A stretch of DNA of 64,000 bases from Marsupella aquatica. Its lineage: Eukaryota; Plantae; Marchantiophyta. The stretch spans positions 5,469,303-5,533,302 of the forward strand of contig OZ316896.1 of the NCBI GenBank assembly GCA_973895155.1, in the 5' to 3' direction. The notes beneath the pieces are model-generated. The model had not been told where the DNA came from. It saw nothing but the letters and a program-made list of their open reading frames with translations, and ran no database searches. Below are positions 24,068 to 36,429 of the stretch, one piece after another. Every line of letters begins with the position of its first letter. Position 1 is the stretch's first letter. The position numbers and the translations under genes are program-made.

Positions 24068-24490
24068 GTCTCACAACAAAGGTGCAATCACCTGATGACA
24101 AGGAGAACTGGTCACAGAGTCCTCGTCAGAATCACTATTTGAAGCTGCACTTGCAACTATTATCAATGTTGTTGGCCGAAAGGGCACCCCACTTCGAGTG
24201 AAACCAGTCCTCTGTCCCTCGGACAGTCCCGTAGCAGCCAAAGAATCTGTGATGACAAATCTGCCCTAAATCATCACCATCACCTTCATAATAGGCTTCA
24301 CAATGCCCCAAGGTTGTAGCTAAGAATCCATGCAAAATTAATCCAATTTATGCATCTAGATGGATTCAGAAGTATCCAAAACCTCTAAATAGCTTCTGAT
24401 TTGGCCCAAAATAGGTCTCTAGACAAACTAATAAGTGTATAAAGCCCCCTGGCCCTTTAACTTAGACAACAAGTTGTGAAAGCTTGTGTG

Positions 24491-24561
24491 TACACTGCAT
24501 GCCATAAGAACTCCATGGTTAAGCACGCGCAGAAGGAATAGCTTTGGGATGGGTGACCTCC
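24491..24561 (+). promoter_or_regulatory. 5S rRNA-derived segment with Pol III internal promoter boxes, Cassandra-like
   Basis: TACACTGCATGCCATAAGAACTCCATGGTTAAGCACGCGCAGAAGGAATAGCTTTGGGATGGGTGACCTCC aligns to the central part of plant 5S (TGCACCGGATCCCATCAGAACTCCGCAGTTAAGCGTGC...GGATGGGTGACCTCC); the 5S 5' and 3' ends are absent. Confidence 0.75.
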
Positions 24562-24606
24562 CCCCTTGGAGTTATGCACCAACTTAGGCACTCCAAACCA
24601 ACCAAT

Positions 24607-26164
24607 TGTCAACTACTCCTCACGTACCAACAAGCTACCTTGCGGCCCGCTCCGGTCTGGCTCCTGTTCTGCCCTCATGCCCCTCGTCACGAGTCGCCTT
24701 GAAACGCCGAGATGAGCCTGAGGGAGCCCTTCACACTCGCCACACTTTGCTACGTCGGGGTGAACCTCCAATTCAAATCCATTCAATAGTCATCCGGATG
24801 CCCGGTCCACAAGTTGGAGTGGGATGATCCCAGTCCAAGTCCTTCATGTCCTCTACACAGGTGAAGTCGCCAAGATACAGTTGGATTGGGTTGATTCTAA
24901 TCCAAATCCACTTCAAGGTCCAGATGAGGTCTCTGGACACGCCAACATACAGTTGGATTGGGATGATCCCAATCCAATTCACCTTTGCCCAAAATCAAGT
25001 CTCCAATGTTGTCAATGTACAGTTGGATTGGGATCATCCCAATCCAACTTCAACTTCAAGTCCAAATGGGGTCCGAAGTTACCAATGTATAGTTGGATTG
25101 GGATGATCCTAGTCCAAATCCAACTTCGAGTCAAAATGCGGTCTCAAGAGACAACCCACAATTGGACTCGGATGATCCCAATCCAAATCCAACTTTGAGT
25201 CAAAATGAAGTCTCAAGAGACAACCCACGATTGGACTCGGATGATCCCAGTCCAAAACAAGGCGCGCCACAAAACACGCCGCAATTCTTGGACCAAAACA
25301 CTGTTCAACAATATTGTCATTTTCCTTGTGCCCTAGGTCGCCGCCGCACCTCGTCGCAACGCGGACTCCATCGTGACGCCAACAACACAATTCACCAACA
25401 TTTGATTGTCACTTTCTTTGTAAAAGTGTACAATCCATCAACGAATCTCAAATCCGCAATAGCCTTTGCGATGCTGCAACGCAATCGGTAAGGACTAGAA
25501 CTCTAAAAACACAATGTAGCAATTATCACTCAAGGCGCCTTCTGATCTTTGATCAGTCCCTCATTGCCATAGCTTTGAGAAGCTCCAAATGTCAATTCGG
25601 TAATCAACTCCAGAGAGGACTTCAAGAACAAACTATCAGAGAGCTTCAAATAGCACCAAGCTGTACTCTCAGAGCAATCAATAGCTCACAATCTCCAATC
25701 TACCAATGGCTGATCTGACTTGAGCTACCACAAGTCAACCAGCAAGATCTCAACAATCCAAGCTACCATGGATCAACTATGCAATACAGCAAACTTTGAA
25801 ACAACTTCGAATCAACTTGTAGTGATCTTTCAATGTAATCTTCAATTGATGATATCGAACAATGATCAGTGCTAATCCAACATCGATCCCGTCCGACGCG
25901 ATCACACATATATGTCAAGCCCAACGCACCTTGTGCTTCAAAGAATCTACGTTACATGCACACAACCTGGTCAGCCACACCATAGCCACCAAGCTCATGC
26001 TCAAGGGCTCAACATTGAAAGATGAGGCCTTTGAGCCAACACAAGGGGATAACTATGATCCCTCACACTCAAACTAAACACAAAGTGCTCATATAGCACA
26101 CATACAAAACCTCTATACCCTGGATAGTACAATATACTTTACTACCACTCTAAATGGTGTGACA
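24607..26164 (-). mobile_element. Candidate 5' LTR of gypsy element 1
   Basis: Bounded by TGTCA (24607) and TGACA (26164); truncates the gag of gypsy 2 at 26165; no partner LTR in the window and no clear PBS. Confidence 0.45.
24812..25256. repeat. ~70-bp tandem array, 7 copies, with palindromic core TTGGATTGGGATGATCCCAATCCAA
   Basis: Cores at ~24813, 24880, 24952, 25022, 25092, 25161 and 25230. Confidence 0.9.
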
Positions 26165-27754
26165 ACATTGAGAAGGCAGTGATGAAGGTAAGTCATTGAC
26201 ATAGAAGAAGAGACTTGGATCAAGAGGCTATCAGTGGAGTTCCAAGTCAAACCAAGACATCAATCACTACAAAGATGGATAATACTACTAGTGGGGGTGA
26301 GAAGAAGGAGATCAAGCCCACAGCACAAGAAGGCAAAGGAGGAGCAGTTGAAGAGCTTGCTGATTTGATGATCGAGGAACTTGACCATTCTTACAACCCA
26401 AGTTCTAAACCAGACACAAGCAACCAAGACTACAACAACAACAAATCGCACATGGAATTGCATGTGGTGTGACAGTAAGGGGCATAGAAGAAATGATTGC
26501 ACTAAACTTTCTGCAGCACTTCAAAATCGACTTCTGAAGTTTGTTGGTGAGCAAGTGCAAAAGAAGCTTGCATACTACAACAATGAGGAGCTTATATCAC
26601 TCAACAATAATCGTGGAGGGATGAGAGCCTTAGTGGAGAAAAAGTTGGCAACAGAAGGAGTAGACACAGTAGCAACTCTAATCAAGCCGAATGTTTTTGC
26701 TGCAACAAGTTGTTTTTCAGAAAATGTACTTGATGAGACAGGAAAGAAGAAGCTTGCTGACTACATTCGTCAACAAACTGGATGGGATGTTCCTGTGTTA
26801 ATAGCCCCAATTACTGCAGAAGTTGGAGCTACATGGGAAGCAAGAGTGGAGGACAAGCGCAAAACTCCTTCAAGTGATGAGCCAAGAGGAAAGATGCCAA
26901 GAAGAGAAACTTCAGATTCACCAATGGAGGAAGTGAAGAAGAATGAGAAGTCAACCAAAAAGGGACCTGGATGGATACTAGGCCATGATATGGAACAAAC
27001 AATTGAACCAGAGAGAATTGCTGATAAGTTTTGGAAGCAAGAAGCCCGTGGTTTTACAAATGAAGAGTTCTTTGGAAGTTTAAGGAAAGACATACAAGAA
27101 GCAATTCTTACAAGATCAAAGAAGAAATGTTTTTACAAAGAGGGTCCTCATGCTCTAGCTGGGGAGATGGAGGATTCAGACAATGAAGGAGAAACTAAGA
27201 GCGTGAACATTTGTGCAGTACAAGTTGAAAGACAACAAAGTTGAGATTCCTATCATGCTAAATCTATAAAAGAAATGAAATCATATTGGGTAAGAGCTTG
27301 TGATGAAGTTGAGGTGGAGCTGATTGGAGTCAAAGGTCCTATCAAGGCACTTATTGATTCAGGATCAGAGGTGAATCTAATGTCAAGGGAGCTCTACAAC
27401 CAAGGAAGGTGGAAGGTGGATCGAGACATCCAATGGAAGGTGAAATCAGTCAATGCAAATCACAATTCTTTGTGGGGAGCTTGTCCTGATGTGAAGCTTA
27501 AGGTAGGAAATGTGCTTGAAGACATCAATGTCTTTGTTCATGATTCCTTACCTTATCCACTTCTTCTAGGACAACCTTTCATTACAGAATGGAGACTAGA
27601 GACTAAGGTTCTTGATGATGGCACTCATATGGCCAAAGTCAAGAGTAAGGATAATCTTCGTGTTATCCAATTTCCAACAGTTCGCCCAGATCATGTGAGA
27701 AATAGGAAGGAGCTAAGAGCAAGTGAAGAGGTGAAGGACCAAGAAAATTTCTGA
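26165..27754 (+). pseudogene. Gypsy element 2 gag (5'-truncated) plus protease
   Basis: CMWCDSKGHRRNDC knuckle; ALIDSGSEVNLM protease with LLLGQPF; stops and frameshifts present. Confidence 0.9.
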
Positions 27755-30700
27755 TTGGCATCCCGTTAGTGAGGATGAGCAGGCAGGATGCCAATGTGAG
27801 TGACTCACCAAACATAAGATTTTCCTCGTCTTTGTTTGTAGCTATAGGGAGAGATAGAGAGGTTTCATATATGCAAGTTAGAGAGGCATCAAGAAAATTG
27901 AAAAAGAGAATTGAAAGGAGTAAGGCTATGTTAGTTAGTCAAGGTGTTATGGATTTGAGTGATAATATGGAGGGTGTGCTAGATGAACAAGGTTGTTGTC
28001 CCACTTTGCAGCAAGTTATAGTAGATTTGAATGATGGAAAGGGTGAGATAGAAGTAGGCCCATTGTTATATCAACATATAGAAGAGTTGGTTGAGGTGAA
28101 CACAAAGTACAAGACAATAGATAAGAAGGTTAGACCAGCAGCCACACCTCTACCAGCTGATGCAAGAGATATTTTAAGAAGTGCTAGCAAGGAGCCTAGT
28201 TTGAGAGATAAAAGAAAGATTGGACATACATTCACAGAAGACACTTTGAACCAATTGCAAATTGGTGATGATGGACTACTTACCATGATCGAGAAGGAGG
28301 CATTCAAGAAGATGATCAAAGAGCATGGGAGAGCATTTTCCTTTTCTATGGAGGAGATAGGATGTGTGGATCCACAGAAGGTAACACCAATGGTTATTTT
28401 TACAGTTCCACACATACCATGGGATTTGAAGCCAATTTTGGTTCCAAGAGCACTAACACCAAAGTTGATAGCATTGTTGAAAGAGAAGTTAGATGCTAAG
28501 ATACTTGAGAGATCAGATGCACCATACTCCAATCGGTGGTTCACAATGCAGAAGAAGAATGGGAAGCTAAGTTTCATTCAAGACATGCAGCCACCAAACA
28601 AAGTCACAATTCGGAATGTTGGAGTTGGACTTGTGGTAGACGAGTATGCTGAAGACTTTGCTGGGAGGGCCATCTATTCCATTGGAGACTTGTACTCAGG
28701 ATATGATCAATACCAACTTTCTCAAAGTAGTAGGGATATCACCACCACGAGAACTCCACTTGGACTTTTGCATATGTGCAATTTGCCACAAGGTGCTACT
28801 AATTCTGTTGCACATATGCAAAATGCTATGAACAAGATTTTGGAGTCTTTCATTCCACAAAAAACTAGACCATTCCTCGATGATATGCCAATCAAAGGAT
28901 GCTTGGAAGAACTCAAGGATGAAACACTTTGAAAGGATGGGATACGTCAATTTGTTTGGGAACACATGAAGGATGTAGGGGCTATACTAAAGAAGTTGAT
29001 TGAGGTGGGAGTTACACTCTCGGGAGAAAAATCAGCATTTGGCTTGAGGGAAGTCAAAGTGGTTGGGCAGATGTGTGGGCCCTATGGAAGAAAGCCAAGT
29101 AAGGATAAGGTGGAAGCAATCAGCCAAATGGAAGATTGTCGAACAACTTCAGAGGTACGAAGGTTTCTAGGAGGTTGTATCTTCGGGCATAACCACCGTG
29201 CCAGGAAACAATAAACAGGAAACAGGAAACAGTAAACAGGAAAATGGATGAGAAATTTTTGAAAATTTTTTGAAAATTTTTTTGGAATTTTTTTTTTTGG
29301 AATTTTTTTTTTTTTTTGGTTTGTATTTTTGGAATTTTTTTACTAGCGCCCCAAGCTAGTAATAGTAGCGCCTGGCGCTAGCCAAAAATGATCGTTTTTA
29401 AAAATATTTTGAAAATTTTGAGTTTTAATGAGAAATTTTTTAAATCTCATTTTTGCTGATAACAGTAAAATTTTGCTCATAACAGGAAATCATTTTCCTG
29501 TTTCCTGGCACGGTGTAAAGCCTCGTATCTTCTATCGAATATGGATACCACATTTTTCACATGTTTCACATCCATATGGCTTGCTTAAGAAGAATGTAAG
29601 ATTTATATGGAAAAATGAACATGTAGAAGCAATGCAACACTTGAAAGAAGCTTTGTTAAGTTCACATGTGCTTTGCCCATTGAAGTATGATGGTGTACAT
29701 CCAATAGTTCTTACAATATATGCAAGTCCATATGGAGCAGGATGGGCATTAGGACAAGATGATGATGATGGGCATAGAACAGTTGCTCATTTTGGAGCAA
29801 AGATCTTTAATGAAAGACAACAGAAGTATCCGCAAATAAAGAGAGAGCTTTGGGGAGCAAAACTAGCACTTAGGCAAGAAAGAGATTACTTGATAGGAGC
29901 TAACATGATTCTAGAAACTGATTGCTTACCCTTACTTGGGATGATTATAAACTGTGATACTCCCGACATTGCTATGCTTAGGTGGATAGCTTTTATCCGA
30001 ATGTTTAATCCAAAACTGAAGCACATAACTGGAAAAGATAATCCAGTGGATGATATGTTGTCAAGAGCTAGATATAAATCAGGCAAGCATAGTATTGAGT
30101 GTTCACATGGTGAGATTGACGGACAAATTAAGGAGTTGTTATTCTATGAAGATCTATATTCAGGAGAGTTGCTAGTTATATGACGTTATTTGACTACATT
30201 GGAGAGAGACACTAGATGGAGTGATGAAGAATTCAGCAAGATTCGAAAGAAGGCTTACAAGTTCTTGGTTCGAGATGGATACTTATGGAGGCGTCCAAAG
30301 GCAAGGAGTCAAGTACCTCTGAGAGTGCTTGATATTGAGGGAGAGAAAGTTCAAGTATTACAAGAGGCACATGATCTTGAAGCAGCAGGGCATCGTGGAG
30401 TTCAGGCTATATATGAAAAGTTAAGAAGATTCTACTGGTGGGTTGGAATGTATGTGGATGTTCGGGAATATGTTGGATCTTGTGAGATTTGCCAATACTA
30501 CTCAAAGATTCAACATAGAGATGGCTTGAACCCTACATATCCTCTATCTTTACATTTTTAATGGGGTATAGATATTGTTCATATGCCACCAGGGATTAGA
30601 GGTGCAAAATATTTAGTGTTAGCTAGAGAAGACTTGTCTTCGTATATGGAAGGGAGGGCATTATCTTCTAACAAAGCTAAAGCCGTATGCAGGTTTGTGT

Positions 30701-31492
30701 TAGAAGATATCATTGCTAGACATGGATGTTTTAGGCGCATGAGAGCTGACCATGGAGAGTTAGATAGCAAAGAGGCAAAGACATTCTTTAAGAAATTTCA
30801 TATCCGCTTAAAGCTAACTACATCTTACAATCCAGAAGCAAACGGCAAGAGTGAGAGAGGTCATCCACCAATTGTTAAATAATGCCTTAGTCAAATCATG
30901 CAAGGGAAAGGTATCAAGATGGCCAAACTTACTACCTTTAGCTCTATTAGCAGATAGAATGACTTGTAGTTCGGTGACAGGATATGCACCGGTAGAATTA
31001 GTGAGTGGGCATCTACCTTTAATGCCATTAGAGGAGAATATTTTTAGTTGGAGGACAGTTGACTGAGAAAATCAGGTATCACATGAAGAGCTACTTGCAA
31101 GGAGAATGGAACATTTCCAAAGAACTCCAGAAAAGATTGACATTGCAATGGAGAAAGTGAAGCAAGCACGAGAGAACAATAAGGTCGAATTTGATAAGAC
31201 TCATCGCTTGAGACCTATTCAAATCAAAGAAGGAGATTGGGTTCTTATTGCAGAAGGAGGGTTGGAGCAACAACATTCGACAAAAGCTAAGTTTATGAGA
31301 AGATGGAGAGGGCCATTTGTGATTGTTACTATTCACCCAAATGCAACATACACTGTTCGAGAGTTAGATGGAGCAATTCATCAAGTTCCTTATGCAGGCA
31401 AGAGGGTTAAGCTTTTCAAACAACGTTTGAAATTTCATTTGCAAGATGTATATGATTTAAGTGATGTAGAGGACTTTGAAGCTGGGTCATAA
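27746..31492 (+). pseudogene. Gypsy element 2 pol (RT-RNaseH-integrase), disrupted
   Basis: RT: DLYSGYDQ, LPQGATNS, PFLDD. RNaseH: ASPYGAGWALGQ, ETDCLPL, DNPVDDMLSR. Integrase: H..GHRG..CEIC, RADHGEL, YNPEANGKSERGH, WRGPF. No chromodomain. Confidence 0.95.
29185..29524. mobile_element. MULE-like MITE inserted in the gypsy RT/RNaseH linker
   Basis: 8-bp TSD GTATCTTC (29177-29184, 29525-29532); ends GGGCATAAC...TAAAGCCTC; perfect 17-bp inverted repeat CACCGTGCCAGGAAACA set 9 bp in from each end. Confidence 0.92.
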
Positions 31493-32626
31493 GGTTGGTG
31501 CAAACCAGAGGCTGCACAGGTTTAGTGGGGGTGATATGTCGTGGGGATTCCCTTTAGAAGGCTAGAATCCATATTGTGTTATTTGAGTTTATGTGAAAAG
31601 AATTTTACTTGAAAGCTTCATAGTAATACTATTAGAGCATATATGTTATATTCTATATGCAGTGTGTACATTCTACAATGATACATAATAGTTTCACTAA
31701 TTACCCATAGTAGTTTTACCAACCATGCATAGTAATTCCACCAATTATGCATAATAGTTTCACCAAATACGCATAGTAGTTCCACCAATTACGCGTAATA
31801 ATTCCACCAACTATGCACAGTATTTCCATCAACTATGAATAGTACTAGCACACTTATAGGTGCTTGATGCTTGCCACTTGGCTTCCATCCAAGGATCAAG
31901 GCATCGATCCATGCCCTCTTGGAAAGAACAAAGGGGTACTATAAATAAAGTGAAGAGGAACACACTCTCCTCATTCACATTATTTGATCTATCATGTTGG
32001 ACTTGCAATATTGTAAGAAACTCTTCCCCTCTTGTGCACATGTCTTGTTTGTTATTATTTTTTTTATCTGGAACTTTTTTGGTCCTTTTCAAGTAAAACC
32101 CGCGAAAACCCACGGGAAGGCGGCCAAAACAGCCAAAACACCATCCAAAATGCCGAACAATCAAAGTTGAGGCCCCATGGGGCAGAGCCGGCAAGGAGCA
32201 CAAAGCACATGAGTGCTTGTGGGAGTGACAAAGCCAGGGCAGAACTCTAACATCTAAAGGCCTTGTAAGTCACCGGACCACAAACCGATCCACAGTGGAA
32301 GGCCACTACCGTCTAAAGAGTTGCTGTCAAGAAAGTGAATAGGCAAAATAGAAAAGCGCCAACTGAATGAACAGATCTAGAGAGCCAAAGCTCACTTCTA
32401 AGCCTAATAGAGCCACTGCCTTCCCCTAGTAAGTGCCCAGTGAAAAAAAGACACATCACCATGTCGCAAAGGCATCCTTCCTTCCCAACCACCGCCTTCT
32501 CTCACTGAGCAAAGCTTCCTTGGCCTGGAGGAGCCGCGCGTGCTTGCAGCAGGGGCCATAAGTTTCACATAGCCCATGGATGTTGTCCGCCATCTCAGAG
32601 AGGACTAGATTAAAATTGAAGGAGCG

Positions 32627-35600
32627 TCATATTAGGGGATTGAAAAATTGTTCATTTCTGGCAGTCCACAAAGTCCACAGGGCCTGATAGACCATGAAGG
32701 CCACGATTGTGTGCGTAAAGCTGGGTCCTTTGAAAGAACCAAGCAGTTGCATAATATCCGCAGGAGGCCAAAGAATGATACCCGGAAAAGACTGAGACAC
32801 CAAACTCCAACATTTACATGCAAATTGACATTTAAAGAAGAGGTGAGGGATAGATTCCAGTTCCGTAGAGCAGATTTGGCACATACCATTGCTCTTCCCA
32901 ATTCTAAGAGCCCGTGTGCCTATGAAAAGACCTTGTGCAAGTATCCTCCATACAAAGGTGCGGGATTTCAGAGGTAAATCCAAAGTCCATAGTGACAGCC
33001 ATAGGTTATTCCATTCCGGCTCCGTGAGAGCAGTATGCCAGATCCCGTTTAGCCGTCTGTAGTCTGATCCTTTGGGTCTGAGCAACTGGTACATGCGTGC
33101 ATTAGGTAGTGTAAAGTGCCTCAGTGCAACGGGTTTGTCCAACCACCGCCATTTCCCTGCAAAAACGTGCCCTGACCGCATTTGATCTGTAAATATAATG
33201 CAGGTGATTTTGCTTAAAAAGCCCAAGCTCAATTCTTTAGTCCGGTCATCCAAGCCACGCACTCTGGCTAGTTTGCTGGAATAAAAAGCAAAGTTGCTTG
33301 GAGAAGGCGCTTTCAGATCTGCTATGTCCCGGATCCCGATCCTGCCACAAGTCCTGTTGATGGCACAAATTGTGTCTTCCCCAAGATCTTGCAGACCCTC
33401 CATGCATCGGATCACATCCTCCACCCGCCACCGTTTTGCCACTGCAGTGTCCCTAGGAGAAAAAATGAGATGTGTACGTAGCGTCTCCCAGGAGTGCCAA
33501 AGACTTCCAGTGTAGCTCATTCCACTGAAAGCCCGTGGGTAGCAGAGTAAGAGTCGATCTATAAAGGAATAATTGTTCCACCTGATCGTTTTGGCATTAC
33601 GCCATTTAGCCAGACAAAGGTTTGCTGCAAACAACCGGGCCCATTCAGAGGATGGCTGATCTAGAGCCTGGTTAAACCATTGGCAGAGTAAGGCATCGGA
33701 GTGAGCCCTGAAGTCTTTCAGACCTATACCTCCATCAATCTTGGCTCTAGACAGTGTTCTCCAGGCAACAAGGGGCACCTTTCTTCCGCCGTCAGCATTG
33801 TATCCCCAGAGGAAGTCCCTACAGAGTGCTACTAACTTGGTGACCAAGCTGTTCGAAGAATGCAAAAACATCATGTGGTAAATGAGAATTGCCTGTAAGA
33901 CATGTTTGACAAGGATGGTGCATCCAGTGAATGAAAGGAACCTGTTGGCCCAAGTTGAGAGTCAAGAACCAATTTTGTCCAGGCAGAAGGAGTGAAGCTG
34001 TGTTGAATGCAGACCCCATCCCATCGGGGCACCAAGATATCGTTGAATCTCACCCCGCTTGCTGATCTTGCAACCCGTGCTGATGAGCCACTCTGGTATG
34101 CTCTCCATAGCCAATGGGATAATGGTAGACTTATGGACATTCAGCTTGGCTCCAGAAGCCAGTTCATAACACGCAAGTGCCCCTTTGGCGCCATGAAAGT
34201 TTGTTTCACATGCCGGTATGAACAAGCCCATGTCGTCTGCAAAAAGCCTGTAGCTGATCATGAGAAAATCAGAAATCTTAACCCCCTTAAATCGCCCAAT
34301 CAAGATTTCAGAGTCCAAGTGGTCCATCAATGGCTGGGTCGCTAGAACAAAAAGAAGTGGAGATAAAGGACAGCCTTGACGAACTCCTCTCCGCATCTGA
34401 ATGTCCTTGGAGAAGAGGCCGTTAATATGCACTTGAGAGCTGGCACTGCTAATAAGGGAACGGACCAGGCTGATAAAGTGTGAGCCAAGCCCCAGAAGGT
34501 GAAGAGTCTCCCAGATATAAGAATGGGAGACCCGGTCGAAGGCTTTCTCAAAATCCAATTGTAGGAAAAGCGATTCCTGTTTTTGCTTGGATACCCAATC
34601 CACCATCAGCCATGCTATGGAGATATTTTCTAGTATGTGTCAGCCTGGTATAAATCCCGTTTGCTGCGAACTGATAAGCTTTCGTAGGAGAGGTTTGAGA
34701 CGAAGAGCTAAAATCTTTGCAATCAGTTTGTATGCAGTATTGAGCATTGTCAGCGGCCTCCAATCTTTCAATCTGCGCTTATCTGGCTTCTTTGGGATGA
34801 GCTTTATAATGCCTTCTTTAATGTGCGAGGCCAGCGTTCCTGTCCTCCAGAAGTCCAGAATCATGTGCATCAAATCCTCCTTGATAAAATCCCAGCATGA
34901 GCAAAAGACCTCCGCCGTCAGTCCATCCGGGCCGGGGGCTTTATCTAAAGGAAGCAACCATAATGTGGCACGGACTTCATCGGTAGTCGGAGGCTTTTCC
35001 AGCCTGTGAATCTCAGCCACTGTCAAAGCCTTGCTAGTATTCTTGAAGAGGACGCGCCTCGCCTCCCTCACCACCGTAGATGCACTGCTAGCCACCTCAT
35101 CACTCGCCTCATAAAGGTCAATGAATTGATGTTCCACCTCTTCAAGGATCCTGTTTTCCTGTGTGATGATTGAGCCATTTTCCAGGAGCAAAGAGGCCAT
35201 ATTTTCTCTACTACGTTTGGCTTTGATGCTGGCAAAATAGAACTTAGACGGCTCATCATCTTGTCCAAGCCACCTGAGTCTGGAGAGCCGCCGGCCATGC
35301 TGTGCCTCTTCATGTTCCGCATATCTCATTTCTTCCTCTGCAGTAGCATAATCTCTGAGGTCCGTGTCTGAGTAGTCACTAATCATAGCTAACTTTAGTG
35401 CCCGAAGTTTTTCTCTTAGGCCCCGGGTTGTAGCTTCTTGCGCTAAAGTAGAACCTTGTAGTTCCAAAAATCTGTTTCGAAGTCGTGTAGTGGCTAGATG
35501 GAAGCGCAGGTGAGGGTTGTCCTGAATCCTGTTGCTGCTCCCCCATGCTTTCTTAAGTTCCTCAACAAAATTTGCCTCCTTCAAAACACCTGAGTGTGCT

Positions 35601-36382
35601 TTGAAGTAAGTCGCTTTCTTGTTGTTATTGCTGCTACCAGTAGAGGCAAGTCTAAACTGTAGTAGGATCGGATCATGGTCTGATAGCGCAGAGCCCCCTT
35701 CGTGAATCAACTTTTCCACCTCTCCAGCCCACCAGCTGCAGCCACTAAAATAAAATCGATCTAGTCGAGATTGGACCAATTTTCCGTTGATGCTCCTTCT
35801 CCAAGTAAAGCTAGAACCCTGACAAACAGATGCCAAGGAAAATGCATCCTCCAGGTCAAATCGAGTTTTGAAGAATCGCCAATATTCTGCTTCACGTCCA
35901 TGTATAAGGGGAGAGGGGCCAGACGAGTCGCACCGGCCCTCCGTCATATTGAAGTCCCCGCAAACTATCCAGTTTTCTTGTGGTAAAGAAGACTTGAGTT
36001 CATGCCAGAGTAGGGCCCGCTCCCTGGGGATGTTAGGCGCGTATATACTCACAATGCCAATGCGGACATCCGGATGTTCCACCCGGGCCCAAACCGCGTG
36101 CCCTTTATCCACACTCCCATGGTCAATCATTTGAAGCGAAGGGTGTAATAGCAAAGCCGAGCCCCCCCTACCCTCGTCAGGAGCCGATGCCAAGTGTGTA
36201 TAGGACGGGAGAATTGTTTTTAGAGCCAAATCTAGTCTAAACTTATCAGCCTTGACTTCTTGTAAGCCAAGAGCTACTAAAGGTGTGCGCAGCGATGCTA
36301 TCCAGTTCTTGACAACATGCTTTCTATTAGTCTTGCATAGGCCACACACGTTCCATGATGCAATAGTCAGCGGCGAACCCAT
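32627..36382 (-). pseudogene. LINE ORF2: APE endonuclease, reverse transcriptase, zf-RVT; a few stops/frameshifts
   Basis: SWNVCGL, LQE, GDFN, SRLDRFY, SDHDPI; KAPGPDG, WRPLTMLN, LDFEKAFD, GVRQGCPLSP, FADD, YLG; CQIC..ESIPHLFFKC. Confidence 0.96.
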
Positions 36383-36429
36383 CCTGCCCGAGTCTCAACT
36401 TCCCAATTTGTCAAAAGCTCCTCATTTCC

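Noticed and set aside
24491-24561. Functional 5S rRNA gene
   Set aside because: 5' and 3' stems and the T-run terminator are absent; only the internal promoter region aligns.
24812-25256. CRISPR-like array (palindromic repeats with ~45-bp spacers)
   Set aside because: Spacers are homologous to each other, repeats are degenerate, no cas genes, eukaryotic TE context.
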